This document shows positions 63,201 to 64,000 of a stretch of DNA of 64,000 nucleotides, piece after piece; the stretch's first letter is position 1; every line of letters starts with the position of its first letter. The notes below the pieces were generated by a model, which did no database searches, was not told where the DNA came from, and saw nothing but the letters and a program-made list of their open reading frames with translations. The DNA is taken from NCBI RefSeq assembly GCF_006345805.1, contig NC_042998.1:39742001-39806000 (forward strand), read 5' to 3'. The translations under genes were made by a program, and so were the position numbers. This DNA comes from Octopus sinensis. Taxonomy: Eukaryota.

Positions 63201-64000
63201 AGAAGATATATTCACCAAACACTAAGTTCGTTACAATACCATGTCTTTGCTGTTTGTAGGCTGTGATTTCCACAGAACTCCCAGTGGATCATTCTTGCCA
63301 CATTATCATGGCATCATTTGTATTTGTGTTGTGCCAATTTCAGCATTCGCTAACGATGTGCCACACTGTTTCACCCCTCTCACCACACATTCTGCATTTG
63401 TCACTGTCAGTAGTGCCTATTCCGTACTTCATATAGTTGGTCCTTAACGCTTGTTCCTGAGCTGTGCATATGAGTGTTTCTGTCTCTATTTTCAGGTCAC
63501 TTCTCATCCATAGCCACCAGTCCTCTGTATCTATCATGGCATTCACATCTGTTGCAAACTGACCCTTCACTTTTTTTTCCTCCCATGCCTTTTCTTTTTT
63601 TTTTGTTCATTTCTTGTTTAAATTTTTCTTTAGTTACACAATTTTCAGTTTTGATGATGCTGGCCTTCTTCGTGTATTTCAACAGTGGCTCCATGGCATT
63701 TTTTATATACCACCCTAGGCTGTTTCCCTCTGCTTCCATACAGTTCTGGCAACTGATCAAACTTCTCCCACCCTTCTGGACAAGTATAGACTATCAGTGT
63801 CAGTCTTAGGGTGGAAGGCTCCATGTACTGTCAACATTTTTCTGGTCTTAGTATCCATTTTCTTTTGCCATTTTATAATTTCTGCTCCATACCGAAGTGA
63901 GGCTATCGGCCACATATTAACTGCTTGAATTTTATTCCATCCAATCAATTTTGAGTGCAGTACCAACCTCAGTCTTTGGAAATACTCCATCCTTGATTGC
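60240..64000 (-). mobile_element. R4/Dong-clade non-LTR retrotransposon (RT C-terminus, CCHC knuckle, RLE), split by the LTR element and running off the right edge
   Basis: NKIQAVN..SLRYG..MDTKTRKML..HPK.D...LY (63757-63990). ETETLICTAQEQAL..CRMCGERGETVWHIVSEC (63340-63570). Removing the LTR element restores WYEQTPEGV..NRKIWWD..DIVVVNKKERTCMIIDIA. Confidence 0.88.
60531..63235 (+). mobile_element. Non-autonomous LTR retrotransposon with a non-coding 1.5-kb interior
   Basis: LTRs at 60531-61126 and 62658-63235 (TGTAG...TTACA). 4-bp TSD ATAC. PBS TGGTGACCCCGACGTGATT (61128-61146), complementary to the tRNA-Trp 3' end. PPT TGGAGGGGAGCC. No gag/pol motifs inside. Confidence 0.93.

Overview
AT-rich, repeat-dense animal genomic DNA. 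The repeat families look cephalopod (Octopus-like); this is an inference. Two host genes lie on the + strand. (1) The last two coding exons of a PAIP2-like gene (5314-5448, 7056-7115), ending in a PAM2 motif. (2) A complete NMNAT gene (NAD+ biosynthesis): 8 phase-consistent GT-AG exons from 22292 to 55511, 256 aa. Its stop codon sits inside a perfect GTAAGT donor, which is in phase with a ninth exon (56590-56857). That exon adds an 88-aa basic, SPKR-containing tail (344-aa isoform). Most of the rest is transposon material, often nested: CR1, RTE, CRE, R4/Dong and Penelope retroelements; a deleted Gypsy element; a non-coding LTR element with a perfect tRNA-Trp PBS; a near full-length Helitron and a Helentron-type element; four Tc1/mariner elements; several MITEs; tRNA-derived SINEs; decayed hammerhead-like motifs; and microsatellites. 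All assignments come from manual translation and motif recognition; no database search was run.
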